A stretch of DNA of 49,748 nt from Candidatus Methanomethylicia archaeon (GTDB lineage: Archaea; Thermoproteota; Methanomethylicia; CALHIW01): the NCBI GenBank assembly GCA_038845975.1, contig JAWBQF010000018.1, positions 1 to 49,748 on the forward strand, in the 5' to 3' direction. The position numbers and the translations under genes were made by a program. Positions 19,210-29,568 of the stretch are shown one piece after another. The notes under the pieces were generated by a model that saw only the letters and a list, made by a program, of their open reading frames with translations, did not search any database and was not told the DNA's origin. Within the stretch, counting starts at the first letter, position 1; every line of letters starts with the position of its first letter.

Positions 19210-19427
19210 TTAGATTCATCCTCTACAGCTACAACCTTAGGTACTCTAGCTTTAATTCTTAAATCTTCAAACTCCTCTATAGATAATCCAGCTAGTCTTG
19301 AAGCTTTATATTCATCCCCGATCTCTATGTAGAGTATTAAGGCATATCTAAGTTTAGGGGGTAGACTGTTTATATAGCTCCAGTCAGCTTCCCTCCTCCT
19401 AATATCCCTCTCAAACTCTTCCAGCAT
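19206..19427 (-). CDS. UPF0175-like antitoxin (upstream copy)
   Basis: 73 aa, KASRLAGLSIEEFEDL HTH-like motif, translationally coupled to the PIN gene. Confidence 0.8.
   Translation of the reverse strand: MLEEFERDIRRREADWSYINSLPPKLRYALILYIEIGDEYKASRLAGLSIEEFEDLRIKARVPKVVAVEDESK
19360..19414. repeat. 55-bp perfect direct repeat, copy B
   Basis: Identical to 18643-18697. Confidence 0.95.
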
Positions 19428-19830
19428 CTAAACTACTATATAGCACAGTAACTTAAATATTTGCAGATGCCTATTAACACCCTCTACAGCTAGGATCTAG
19501 AAATTCTTAATAGAAACATAAAATCTAAGAATAACGCCATTTAAGATGTTGAGATATCTAACACTAAACTTACTCTATAAAATATTTTATACTTTACTAT
19601 AACAAGGGAAAGAGCTTAAGCTACACATTAGATATAGAGACTCTGTAAACTTAGGGTTAGAATATATAGCTTAAGTCTACAGGACTATAGGGAACGCTAT
19701 GAGTTTAAGTTATTGGCTATATGTGGTTTTACACTTAAAGTTTATAAAACCTAATAATTATTTTATAGATTAACTTAAATTAATTCTTAATTTGGCTGGG
19801 TATGTTTTGCTGATTTTAAGAATAGATTTG

Positions 19831-21996
19831 TTATCCTTTCTGAATTGATTTTAGCATTATTTTTACATGTATTTCCCGGACTAGAATCCCATTCATATAG
19901 TATTGGGCTGTATATTCTTCCTTAACTTCTCCTACTTCAGATGAGATCCACGAATAGCCTTTAACAATTATTGTTAATTTTCCTTTACTTACATTGAATT
20001 GATCTGTTGTTTTGAAGCTTATCTTAGCGCATGAGTATGTTTTACCTATAGCTTCTATATCTTGAATCTCCTCGACATAGCATTCCTCCATGTATTTTCC
20101 ACGTGTCTCCTCTTCACCTATATGGAGTGTATAGCTGCTTTCATACTTCCAATTCTTCCCCTTAAATATGGGATAGGGTGGAGGAGGTATTGGTGTATCG
20201 TACATAACTTCTATACCGTTTGAAGTATATCCGGTTAGCTTTTCCTCCTCGTTATAGTAGTAGTGGGTTATCATGTCTGGACGTTCAACAACTATTTCCT
20301 GCTTACTGGTTTTAATCCATTTCAATAAATGTTCTTCACCATTAATTTCCTCTATAAACTCCTTAACAGTTCCTACTGGAAGATTTGGTTTAGCTATTTC
20401 CCTGATTTCCTCAATTTTTCTAGATTCAACAGTAACTTTAACCCCTACTATTTCGGAGACTAGATTTAGTATTAGCTTATAGTTATCCTCAACATAGCAG
20501 TACGGTTCTTTAAGAAATGTTTGGTCGCTGAAGGCTATTACTGTACCGTTCCTCTTTACGTAGGCTATAACGTCATATCGCCCCCTCCTTTCAGCTGTTG
20601 ATGAGTAGGTATTGTTTGACGTCCATGCTACTCCATTATTCATGTTATGTATATATGTTGAGGTGAAGAAAACAAGTGATGTTAGGTTTCTTGTTAATGG
20701 GTTTTCCCTGAAATTTCTTATATATATGTTTCTATAGAATCCGTAATGCTCAACCTCATTGTATAGGTAGCCCTTAGCAAACGATAATCCAAATCTATTA
20801 GCTATGGAATTTACTGGGCCGAAGAAGTCAGGAATACTTACATACTCGTAGGACGGATCATAAAATAGTAGAAGCATTCCTCCCCTCCCTACAAATCTCT
20901 CTATATCTTCACATTCCCTCATAGAGTATGTTCTTGTAGGGGAGGCTACTATAAGGCAGGATATATTGTTTAGCATTGATTTTAAGTCATCCCAACTCGA
21001 GATAAAACCTACAGTTACATTTCTCTTAGCAAGCTCAGCTATAAATATATCTAGATCCCATTCTGATACAATGTTCCCATGAGATTTATCTACAGCTACT
21101 AAGCCAGCTTTACTTCCTCCAGATATTTCCACTATACTTTCTTCAAAACTATTGATTTTACTACTTGGAAGATATAGATACCATATAGATGGAGGGGGTT
21201 GAATCCTATTAAGAGTATTAACTGTTAAGTTTCTCCATTCCGTTATGCTTTGGCTTAAAGCAGTATTTCTAGGCATTAAGCTAGCAACTCCATACTGTAC
21301 TATACCTGCCTTCTCAGCAGCTTTACTAATGGCTTTCTGAAGGGAGCCGACTTCGTCAGCTAATCCAATCTTTAATGCTTCACTTCCCATATATATCATT
21401 CCCTTCTTAAGCTCCATTAATGGGATTTTAAGCTTACTCCCCCTATTACTGGTTACGGCTAAGAGAAAGTTTTCTAGTGCATGTGTTAGATTAAATGGGA
21501 ATAGAAGTCTTGAATATCCTGTAGCCTTATACACTCCGGTTTCAAGTACTGTTTCAGATGGGATTAGAATAGGCGGCATTACACCTATAACTCCTACATT
21601 TCCAATAGATGAAGTAGGCTCAACATAAATATGATCTGCAGCAACCGCGATATAGTATCCTCCGGAGAGAGCAAGAGTTACAGAAGCTATAATAGGTTTA
21701 ATCTTTCTTAATTCTAGAAGATCTAAATATATTTGCTCTACTAAATCAGCATATCCACCTGGAGAATCTATTCTTAGCACTACTGCCTTTATAGTATCAT
21801 TTATTATTGCTTGATTTATAGCTTCAAGACATTTATTAGCATCCTCAGAAGTAAGTATAGGGCCTTCAATATTTATAATTCCTACTATATTTCTCTTAAC
21901 AGCTAAACCCATGTAGAAATATATAGATAATCCGGAAACAATAAGTACAAGAATTATAAATATAGCAATTACTAATTTATGCTTAAGTAAGAGCAC
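19831..21996 (-). CDS. S49 (SppA-like) peptidase fused to a GldG/DUF4350-like domain and a beta-rich C-terminal domain
   Basis: TM anchor; LRIDSPGG, ALSGGYYIA, IGNVGV, GLADEVG (S49); VDKSHGN...IERFVGRGGMLLL...NSIANRFGL (GldG-like). Confidence 0.8.
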   Translation of the reverse strand: MLLLKHKLVIAIFIILVLIVSGLSIYFYMGLAVKRNIVGIINIEGPILTSEDANKCLEAINQAIINDTIKAVVLRIDSPGGYADLVEQIYLDLLELRKIKPIIASVTLALSGGYYIAVAADHIYVEPTSSIGNVGVIGVMPPILIPSETVLETGVYKATGYSRLLFPFNLTHALENFLLAVTSNRGSKLKIPLMELKKGMIYMGSEALKIGLADEVGSLQKAISKAAEKAGIVQYGVASLMPRNTALSQSITEWRNLTVNTLNRIQPPPSIWYLYLPSSKINSFEESIVEISGGSKAGLVAVDKSHGNIVSEWDLDIFIAELAKRNVTVGFISSWDDLKSMLNNISCLIVASPTRTYSMRECEDIERFVGRGGMLLLFYDPSYEYVSIPDFFGPVNSIANRFGLSFAKGYLYNEVEHYGFYRNIYIRNFRENPLTRNLTSLVFFTSTYIHNMNNGVAWTSNNTYSSTAERRGRYDVIAYVKRNGTVIAFSDQTFLKEPYCYVEDNYKLILNLVSEIVGVKVTVESRKIEEIREIAKPNLPVGTVKEFIEEINGEEHLLKWIKTSKQEIVVERPDMITHYYYNEEEKLTGYTSNGIEVMYDTPIPPPPYPIFKGKNWKYESSYTLHIGEEETRGKYMEECYVEEIQDIEAIGKTYSCAKISFKTTDQFNVSKGKLTIIVKGYSWISSEVGEVKEEYTAQYYMNGILVREIHVKIMLKSIQKG

Positions 21997-22082
21997 ACTA
22001 ACAATTCTAAAATCATCCTTATAAAGGTTTCTATAGTCTTCCCGTCTTCTTAGGTGTAAAAGTATATATTTGATGGCTTAAT

Positions 22083-22340
22083 TTAGCAAGACAGTTTTCT
22101 CTCTACTATTATTCTACATTTAGACATCATTGCAGCAATAATTCCTAATGTGGTAATCCATGGAGTAACTATAACTCCTAAAATTCCAACTGTAACAGGT
22201 ATTTCAAGTAGTGTTTCTCCCTTCTCATTCTTAACAATAATTTTAGTAACGTTACCCTCATGAATTATCTCTTTAATTTTTCCAATTAAATCTCCAGATA
22301 ATACTGAATACTCCTCCCTTATAGTTTCCTCCCTACTCAT
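22083..22340 (-). CDS. DUF4342 domain protein
   Basis: KIKEIIHEGNVTKIIVK...LLEIPVTVG...CRIIVER. Confidence 0.9.
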   Translation of the reverse strand: MSREETIREEYSVLSGDLIGKIKEIIHEGNVTKIIVKNEKGETLLEIPVTVGILGVIVTPWITTLGIIAAMMSKCRIIVERKLSC

Positions 22341-22471
22341 TCAATTCGTAACTGGCAGGCATATATTTATACTTTTTTATAGGTGGAGGACTTCATGTAA
22401 TGTAGTGTTTAAAAATCTACATGTAATAATTTATTAGAGAATTTTAAATAATACATTATGGAGTTAGAGTT

Positions 22472-23440
22472 TCATCCATTAGAGATATGTAAATGTTTAA
22501 GAGCTTCTTCGACTTCTTTACTGAAGCATTCCAGAAATTCTTCTAGCCTATCTTTAGGTATTTTCGCTCCTGCTGCTTTACGGTGTCCTCCACCACTACC
22601 ATCATATTTGCTAGCTACGTTTCTTACTATCAAGTTTAAATCTATAAGGTTGGATTCTGTTCTAATACTTATATCTGCTTTCTTCTCCTCTATGCTTACT
22701 GCAATTCCCACAATTGCTCCACTTATACTTCTAGCATAAGTAGCAGCCTTACCTAGAGGGCCTTTAGGATCTATTACATAGGATACTTTACCAATTCTTT
22801 TAAAGCTGTTTTTAATTCTAATTCTCATTTCCTCTTCATAAAACGAGTTCATGAAGGCTGCTCCAATAAGTCCTTGATGATGGCTTGGAGGTTTACCTGA
22901 AGCTAGAAATCTAAGTATTTCCTCTTTTCTCTCATCATTTTTCCTAAAGCTCTCTAAACCGTTAACAAGAACTCCAGCTTCAAAATAGATTGATCTCTTA
23001 TCCCATCTACTCAATATCTCCTTTACATATAGAGTATCATCAGCATAGTCGGCTACAGCTCCTATAAGCATAATTCTCTCCATATCGGGATCCAAATACC
23101 TACTTAAATGTTTAAACATAAGCTCTGAAGCACAAGCATTCTCATCATGTATGAATGTTACTGGTAATTTATTTAAATCAAACTCTTGAGGAAGAGGATG
23201 ATGATCTATATAGGTAATTTCACAGTTTAATCCACATATACACTCTTTAAACTCCTCAAAATTATTAATTGCAATATCACTCATAATAATCTTTAAGTAT
23301 TCTCTAGAAATCTTTCTAAGAGTTACGGGAAGATCTGAAGGATTTGAAAAGACTATGTGGAAATCTTTAAATACATTATAGGCTATAGCTCCTGAACATA
23401 CGCCATCAGCATCTCCATGTGTTATTATTAAGCCATTCAT
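22472..23440 (-). CDS. DHH/DHHA1 phosphoesterase (NrnA/RecJ-like)
   Basis: THGDADG, SDI, YIDHH, GGGHRKAAGA. Confidence 0.93.
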   Translation of the reverse strand: MNGLIITHGDADGVCSGAIAYNVFKDFHIVFSNPSDLPVTLRKISREYLKIIMSDIAINNFEEFKECICGLNCEITYIDHHPLPQEFDLNKLPVTFIHDENACASELMFKHLSRYLDPDMERIMLIGAVADYADDTLYVKEILSRWDKRSIYFEAGVLVNGLESFRKNDERKEEILRFLASGKPPSHHQGLIGAAFMNSFYEEEMRIRIKNSFKRIGKVSYVIDPKGPLGKAATYARSISGAIVGIAVSIEEKKADISIRTESNLIDLNLIVRNVASKYDGSGGGHRKAAGAKIPKDRLEEFLECFSKEVEEALKHLHISNG

Positions 23441-23564
23441 ACAATTAATTAAGTAGGAAATACTTAAAGATTATCTAACCCAGTCTTGTAAGCTTTACCT
23501 ATAAGTGAGCAATATAATTTTACCTAGTAATAATTGTAGATTTCATCAGTAGTAGAATTTCAAA

Positions 23565-23930
23565 TACCATGAGTTACCATATTAGAGAAAGCTTTAGGAG
23601 TAAACTTTTGAATAGGGGAGAAGCACTTATCTTTTGTTACAAGGGTTAGATTCTTGTTTAGAGCTATTGCTCTATAATTAGATCTTAATACCCTTAGAAA
23701 ATCTATCAGGTTTAGAATAGCCGTATAGTCTTAGATTTAATAATATTTTCATAATTCTTGATTAAAGTTCTCTCTATCCTTTTATAAAAATTATCTCCTA
23801 AAATCTTGAGGAAAATTTCACTGGAGAGTTCAAGCTTCTTTTCTAGTTTCTCAAGGTAAGCAATTATTGCTCTTCATGCTATTTCACTTCTTTACGCTTC
23901 CTCATCTTCTCATATATCTTGAGGGAATTG
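23565..23930 (-). pseudogene. Decayed vapBC-type module (PIN toxin remnant)
   Basis: Frameshifted fragments AIIAYLEKL... and DLII-AIALNKNLTLVTKDKCF (PIN C-terminal motif); a short upstream ORF end (EKMRKRKEVK*) abuts an ATG; boundaries approximate. Confidence 0.6.
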
Positions 23931-24247
23931 GGAAACCGTATTTAGCATAGTAAGTTATGTAAATTCACATTATTTAGTTTTCTACAAAATTTTATGAGAC
24001 TATTAAGTTAGATATGGTAAGCTTATGGGTTTACAACTTAATTTATAGTCTTGAAACATATCGCAATAGCTCCTCCATACTCTTATAAAACCATTAATTA
24101 CCAGCTTAGTAATAATTCCTCTAACGTATTCTAAACCATTCTTACTGTTGAATCTACATATCTAATGCAATTATTTCTTGAAGAGCTTAATCATACAGTA
24201 ATTAAGTTAGGGATAAATTGGTAGTATTCATTATGTTGGTGATTGTT

Positions 24248-24571
24248 TTAGGGCTTAATTATATCTAATATATGTTCTAGGAAGTCGATACCGTTTTTAA
24301 GCTCAGATTTTCCCTTAGCTGTGATTTCATAGTATTTTTTACCGTTTTTCTCTACGACTTCTATTAGTTTTTCATTAGCTAGCTTGTAGAGAATTACGTA
24401 GGCTGTTACTGTATTAACGCTTATTTTGAAGCTGTTTTTTATGTTATGTATTATTTCATATCCATACATTGGCTTTTCACTTAATAGTTTAAGTACGTAT
24501 AGCCATATATTTCCTGAAGTTAATGTCCTAACAAGTCTTCTATAAGCTTTAGAAGATTTTTCTGAATTCAT
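24248..24571 (-). CDS. PadR family transcriptional regulator
   Basis: LKLLSEKPMYGYEI...YVILYKL...KKYYEITAKGK. Confidence 0.92.
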   Translation of the reverse strand: MNSEKSSKAYRRLVRTLTSGNIWLYVLKLLSEKPMYGYEIIHNIKNSFKISVNTVTAYVILYKLANEKLIEVVEKNGKKYYEITAKGKSELKNGIDFLEHILDIIKP

Positions 24572-24732
24572 AGTAATACATTTACAGGCTTAAATATAAA
24601 TTTGCTCTTCAATACAAGCTATAATAGTGAGCTTGGGTTGGTATGCTCGTAATACCATCTATACCAGGATGGAGGTATAGTTGTTAAAGCGTAAAATATA
24701 TTAATTCCAATAAATATAAGACATAGATAAAT

Positions 24733-25836
24733 ATGGGTAGAATTAGAGTTGCATTAATTGGAGTTGGAAACTGTGCTTCAGCATTGGTTCAGGGTGTTTA
24801 CTATTATAGGAATGTTGATGAGGATGTGGTTATACCTGGGCTTACATATGTTAAGCTTGGAAAATACCATGTTGGCGATATTGAGTTTGTAGCTGCATTC
24901 GATGTATCTAGAGATAAGATCGGTAAGGATTTATCAGATGCAATATTTGAACAGCCTAATATTACTAGGAAACTTATTGAAATACCTAATTTAAACGTTA
25001 CTGTTAAGCCTGGCCCAGTTCTTGATGGTGTAGCTGAACATATGGTTAATGTTTTCAATCCAGTAAACTATAATAGAAGCTTAGATGAAGTTGTAGAGGA
25101 TATTAAAAGCTCTAGAGCAGATGTAGCTGTAAATCTATTACCAGTAGGTAGTGAGAAGGCAACAAGATTCTATGCTGAAGCATGCATTAAGGCTGGAGCA
25201 GCTTTTGTTAACGGTATACCTGTATTTATTGCAAGTGATCCTGAAGGCTATTGGCCTAGAAGATTTGAGGATTCAGGGCTACCAGTTATAGGTGATGATA
25301 TTAAGGGGCAGATTGGAGCAACAATACTTCATAGAGCACTTGTAAGACTACTACATATGAGGGGAGTTAAAGTTGAGGAAACATATCAGCTTAACGTTGG
25401 GGGGAATACTGACTTCCTAAACATGACTGTTGAGGAGAGACTTCATAGTAAGAGAATAAGTAAAACTAGAGCTGTTACAAGTATACTACCATACGGTGAT
25501 GTTTTAGAATCCAGGGGGAAAGTTAGAATTGGACCTAGTGACTATGTGGAATTCCTAGGAAATACTAAGATAGCATACATATATGTTAAGGGTAGAAGCT
25601 TTGCAGATTTCCCAGTAACCTTAGAGGTTAAACTATCAGTAGATGATAAATCAATGTTTGCAGGATCAATGATTGATGCAATAAGATTGGCAAAGATAGC
25701 TTTAGATAGAAATGTTAAAGGACCAGTTATAAGCGCATCAGCATTCCTATTTAAACATCCACCAATACAAGCTCCAGATGATGAAACAGCTAGAAAATGG
25801 CTTGAGGAATTCATAGAGGGGAAAAGAGAAAAATAG
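24733..25836 (+). CDS. ino1: myo-inositol-1-phosphate synthase
   Basis: [54 protein letters not shown]. Confidence 0.96.
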   Translation: MGRIRVALIGVGNCASALVQGVYYYRNVDEDVVIPGLTYVKLGKYHVGDIEFVAAFDVSRDKIGKDLSDAIFEQPNITRKLIEIPNLNVTVKPGPVLDGVAEHMVNVFNPVNYNRSLDEVVEDIKSSRADVAVNLLPVGSEKATRFYAEACIKAGAAFVNGIPVFIASDPEGYWPRRFEDSGLPVIGDDIKGQIGATILHRALVRLLHMRGVKVEETYQLNVGGNTDFLNMTVEERLHSKRISKTRAVTSILPYGDVLESRGKVRIGPSDYVEFLGNTKIAYIYVKGRSFADFPVTLEVKLSVDDKSMFAGSMIDAIRLAKIALDRNVKGPVISASAFLFKHPPIQAPDDETARKWLEEFIEGKREK

Positions 25837-25873
25837 CTATATTTATGATTGTGGGTTCCTATTCCCTTAAAGT

Positions 25874-26626
25874 CTATTCCCTTAAGGCTTCCTCCCATCT
25901 CTTCACTACGGTCTCCTTTGTAATTCCAAATTTTTCCTCTAAAAACTTGTAGACTCTTTCAAGATCTCTCTCAAGATCCTTCAATGCTTTTGGATCTTTA
26001 TGGAGACATGACCATTCAGGCGGTTTCTGTCCTGGAATTGGTACAGCATATATATCCATAAGCTCCCCCCTCCTTTCTTCTCTAAATCTTATCTTAACTT
26101 CCTGTCCAATCCATACATAGGTTGGAGGAGTTAGAATTTGAATAGGTAGAGCTGTATGAGCACCATCAATCTGTACGTATCCAAGCACGAAGGGAAGCTG
26201 ATCAAGAAATGAATCTGCTGAGAAAAGCATTATGGAGAATGTATGTACTCTACCTCTTGGAGGAAGCTCAACCCATTCTGTTGGCTGAACATTACAGTCA
26301 GGATTCCAGCAGTGAGCTCTAGGTGGACAGTAAACTGTACTGCATTTCGGACATTTTGTACCGTAAATCTTACCCTCAATTAATCCCTTGAAAAACTTTG
26401 AAACCTTACCTAGACTGTGATGGTAGAGAACACCGTGAGGACGATAAACTATTAGGAATTCATTCTCTTCTTCCTCTCCAACTTTAGTGTTTCCAGCAGG
26501 TCCTCTTACTACTTGATAACCTCTAACTCTTAAATTACCTTTTCTTGCATACTCCTCCCATTCCCTAAGAACTTGTGAAACTCTATCCTCAATAATTCTC
26601 TCCTTAACTCTTCTTCCATTAACCAT
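25874..26626 (-). CDS. DUF35 Zn-ribbon/OB-fold protein (thiolase partner) with N- and C-terminal extensions
   Basis: GTKCPKC..YCPPRAHC...C, WVELPPRGRVHTFS, PFVLGYVQIDG. Confidence 0.9.
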   Translation of the reverse strand: MVNGRRVKERIIEDRVSQVLREWEEYARKGNLRVRGYQVVRGPAGNTKVGEEEENEFLIVYRPHGVLYHHSLGKVSKFFKGLIEGKIYGTKCPKCSTVYCPPRAHCWNPDCNVQPTEWVELPPRGRVHTFSIMLFSADSFLDQLPFVLGYVQIDGAHTALPIQILTPPTYVWIGQEVKIRFREERRGELMDIYAVPIPGQKPPEWSCLHKDPKALKDLERDLERVYKFLEEKFGITKETVVKRWEEALRE

Positions 26627-26630
26627 ATTC

Positions 26631-27911
26631 TCACCTTGAAAATATTATTACTCCACCTTGACAGCCAGTACCGCCATGACCAGTTATAAGTGCCTTCTCA
26701 GCTCCTGAAACCTGTAGTTTCGGATCTCCAAATTTCCTCGGTATCTGTTCTGTAAGCTCCCAGTAGAGGAAGAGGGTTTGAAGTAGGCTAGTAGCACCGA
26801 CAGGATGAGCGAATGCTGTAAGTCCTCCACTAAGCTGGCATGGTAATTCCCCATCCCTCATAACAATCCCCTCCCTAACTAGTGTTTTACCCTCCCCTCT
26901 AGGACACCACATCAAGTCCTCATAGAGGCATAGTTCAACTCCATCGTAAGGCGCAAACAATTCTGCAATATCAAGCTCTCTAACAGGATTTGATATTCCT
27001 GCCTTAATATAGGCTTGTCTTGCTGCTTCTCTTGCAAATCCAAAGTTAGCCATTTCAGGATATGGTGTTAAAGGCTTCCCAATAAAGCCTGGATATATAG
27101 CTTCACAGTCTGGGAAAACACCCTTATAAGCCCAGTTAGCTAATCTATCTCCAGGCCTCATTGAATCCGTTCCAAGTCCAATACCTTTTATCCACATTGG
27201 TGAATCCGAATATTTCCTAGCGATTCTCTCTGATGCTAGAAGTAGAACTGCTGCTCCCTCACTTATCAGGGCGCAATTCCATCTTCGATATGGCCATGCA
27301 ATAATTCTATCATTAAAGTAGTCGTCAAGCGTAACATAACTTGTTCCATGCTCAGCTCTCCATTGAGAATATGGATTGTGAACTGCATTATTCCTATTTC
27401 TAACTGCAAGCATTCCTAAGTCCTCTATGGTTTCACCGTAGAGCTGCATATGTCTTAATTCGAGGGCTGCATAATACCCATTATAATATCCACCAACAGT
27501 AAAATCCCAGTCAGTATCTGATGCTGAAGCAATGAATTCATTCGTTGTTGCAGTATCTACTTCAGACATCCATTCCCATCCAGCTACTAGAATAAGATCA
27601 AATTCTCCAGATTTTATTAAGAAGTAGGCATTTATTATTGCGTCAAGCGGAGTACTTCCTCCAGCCTCTACTCTATAACCTCCCTTCCGATGCTGCCCTA
27701 TATAGTCCTGAATTATCCAACTCATACATAGCTGCTGATTTAAATGATCACTAAAATATGAGCACTGAATAAATTCTATATCTCTCGGATCCAGTTCAGG
27801 AGTATCTTCAAGTAGCATCCTATAGGCTTCAGCTACGCCCTCCTCGGCAACTTCATATCGAACCCTATCAGGCCTAAAAAGCCCACCACCAACTACAGCT
27901 ACTCTACTCAC
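26631..27911 (-). CDS. Thiolase-superfamily (SCP-x/Ltp2-like) protein with an atypical active site
   Basis: VRNRNNAVHNP, ISEGAAVLLL, SGGL..FAHPVGAT; adjacent to DUF35; VEAGGST replaces the Cys motif. Confidence 0.88.
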   Translation of the reverse strand: MSRVAVVGGGLFRPDRVRYEVAEEGVAEAYRMLLEDTPELDPRDIEFIQCSYFSDHLNQQLCMSWIIQDYIGQHRKGGYRVEAGGSTPLDAIINAYFLIKSGEFDLILVAGWEWMSEVDTATTNEFIASASDTDWDFTVGGYYNGYYAALELRHMQLYGETIEDLGMLAVRNRNNAVHNPYSQWRAEHGTSYVTLDDYFNDRIIAWPYRRWNCALISEGAAVLLLASERIARKYSDSPMWIKGIGLGTDSMRPGDRLANWAYKGVFPDCEAIYPGFIGKPLTPYPEMANFGFAREAARQAYIKAGISNPVRELDIAELFAPYDGVELCLYEDLMWCPRGEGKTLVREGIVMRDGELPCQLSGGLTAFAHPVGATSLLQTLFLYWELTEQIPRKFGDPKLQVSGAEKALITGHGGTGCQGGVIIFSR

Positions 27912-28163
27912 AACTTACCACCAAATCCATAACCTACTACAATTATTTATATCTATGCTTAATATACAAACGTGGCTGTCTATATGTCATTTAACTTAAA
28001 GTCAAAGAAGATAAAGACTAATTACGAGCTTGTATTGAATGATGCTACTATAGGACAGCATATAAAATTCTGAATTTAAAGTATGACATGAATAAGCAGA
28101 GAACTCGTAGAAACAATATTGAATAGAGGAATAACAGGCTTAAGCTTACAAGCTACCTCTTAA

Positions 28164-28878
28164 GGCTTTGTTAACTTTAGATTTATTTGGGTTTCTCTTT
28201 ATTTATGGTGTTAGTATGTCTAAAGTTATCAAATTTGTTAGGGAGAGAACTCCATTTACTCTAGTTGTTTATTGCTTATATATATTTTCGTTCTTCTAGA
28301 ATGGCTTCAGATATTCTAAGCTTCATTATTGTTAGGAGTTATGTATCTATATTATCGTGGTTTATCTTAAATTCGATAGGAGGGATGTTAGGATTGTGGT
28401 TGATGATACTATTATAAGTGTGGGGTCTATGAGGAAGATTGTTTATGTTGCGTTTAAGCCATTGTTGAGGAGGATTCTATATGTATGGGTTTGCGATATT
28501 GCAACATACTTACATCTCTAACATTCCCTAGAAAATTAGAGCTATTTACGGTTCAAATATAGTTGTATTAAGTGATGGAGCTCAATACTATAAGCATCAT
28601 GTAAAATATTAAAATTAAAACATGAATTATATAGTTTAGAGGTTAAGAATCTAATGGAGAGAATAATACAATACATTAAGGATAGAACTAAGCTATTCGA
28701 TAACTACATACCGTGCATGAAGGATAAATGCGGTAATGAGCATGCATTAATGCTTATGAAGTCAATAGCATACATACTGAACGAAACATGGATTAACAGG
28801 AAAATAAAAGCTAAGGAATTCATAGAAGATACAATACCAAAAATAGAGGTGATAAAACATGCTTAAGTTAACAAAGCC
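28164..28878 (+). mobile_element. IS6-family insertion sequence with a degenerate transposase
   Basis: Perfect 14-bp TIRs GGCTTTGTTAACTT / AAGTTAACAAAGCC; perfect 8-bp TSD CCTCTTAA (28156-28163, 28879-28886); DDE remnants RIVVDDT, LSDGAQYY, NLMERIIQYIKDRT (ORF 28654..28866 is the C-terminal fragment). Confidence 0.92.
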
Positions 28879-29319
28879 CCTCTTAAAATAGATAAGTTTA
28901 TATATTGGAGTATCTATCATATATTAGGTCCAGTAGTAGCCAGAGTTACGATACGATGTCATGTTACCTATAGGATATTTAATTTCTAAAACTATAGTTT
29001 CATTAACCTGAAGTTCAGAAATCAATTACTCTGCTAGAATGATTAAGTTGAATTAATAATTAGGAAGTGTACTAAGGTTAATTAACAGTTAAATGAATTG
29101 CAGTAATTCAATGATGTAAAGTTAAAGCATATCAATACATTTCAAAGCTATATTAAGCATTAACAGTTAAGCGTCAACTTATTGGGCTGAAATAATGTAA
29201 AGTATCTGGAAACTACTACTGGACCTATACTAGGAGAATTCTACTTATTGTAAATTAAAAGTTGATTTCAATAGAATAGTGTAAACTATTGCCTAATATA
29301 CTTCCAAAATTAGAAATAC

Positions 29320-29448
29320 GGTTCTGTGGCTTAATACTTGTTTCCCATATTTTTATCCATTAAATACTACGATTATAGAACCCATATTAAAATTTCTCTA
29401 TTTTATGTAAATTTAGATCTACAAATTTCAGAATTAAGCCACAAAACG
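29320..29448. mobile_element. 129-bp MITE with IS6-like ends
   Basis: IRs GGTTCTGTGGCTTAAT / ATTAAGCCACAAAACG; flanks AGAAATAC / AAAAATAC (7/8 TSD match); no coding capacity. Confidence 0.75.
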
Positions 29449-29568
29449 AAAAATACCATAAACTTCTCGAATTACTAGTATTTAGGTATTTGAAAACTCT
29501 TTTAAAATACTTCCTGAATAATGTATTTTAGAGCAAAGTTTATTAGTAGGAGGCTAAATAACTTTAAT

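Noticed and set aside
28654-28866. Independent 70-aa protein
   Set aside because: It is the C-terminal fragment of the degenerate IS6 transposase
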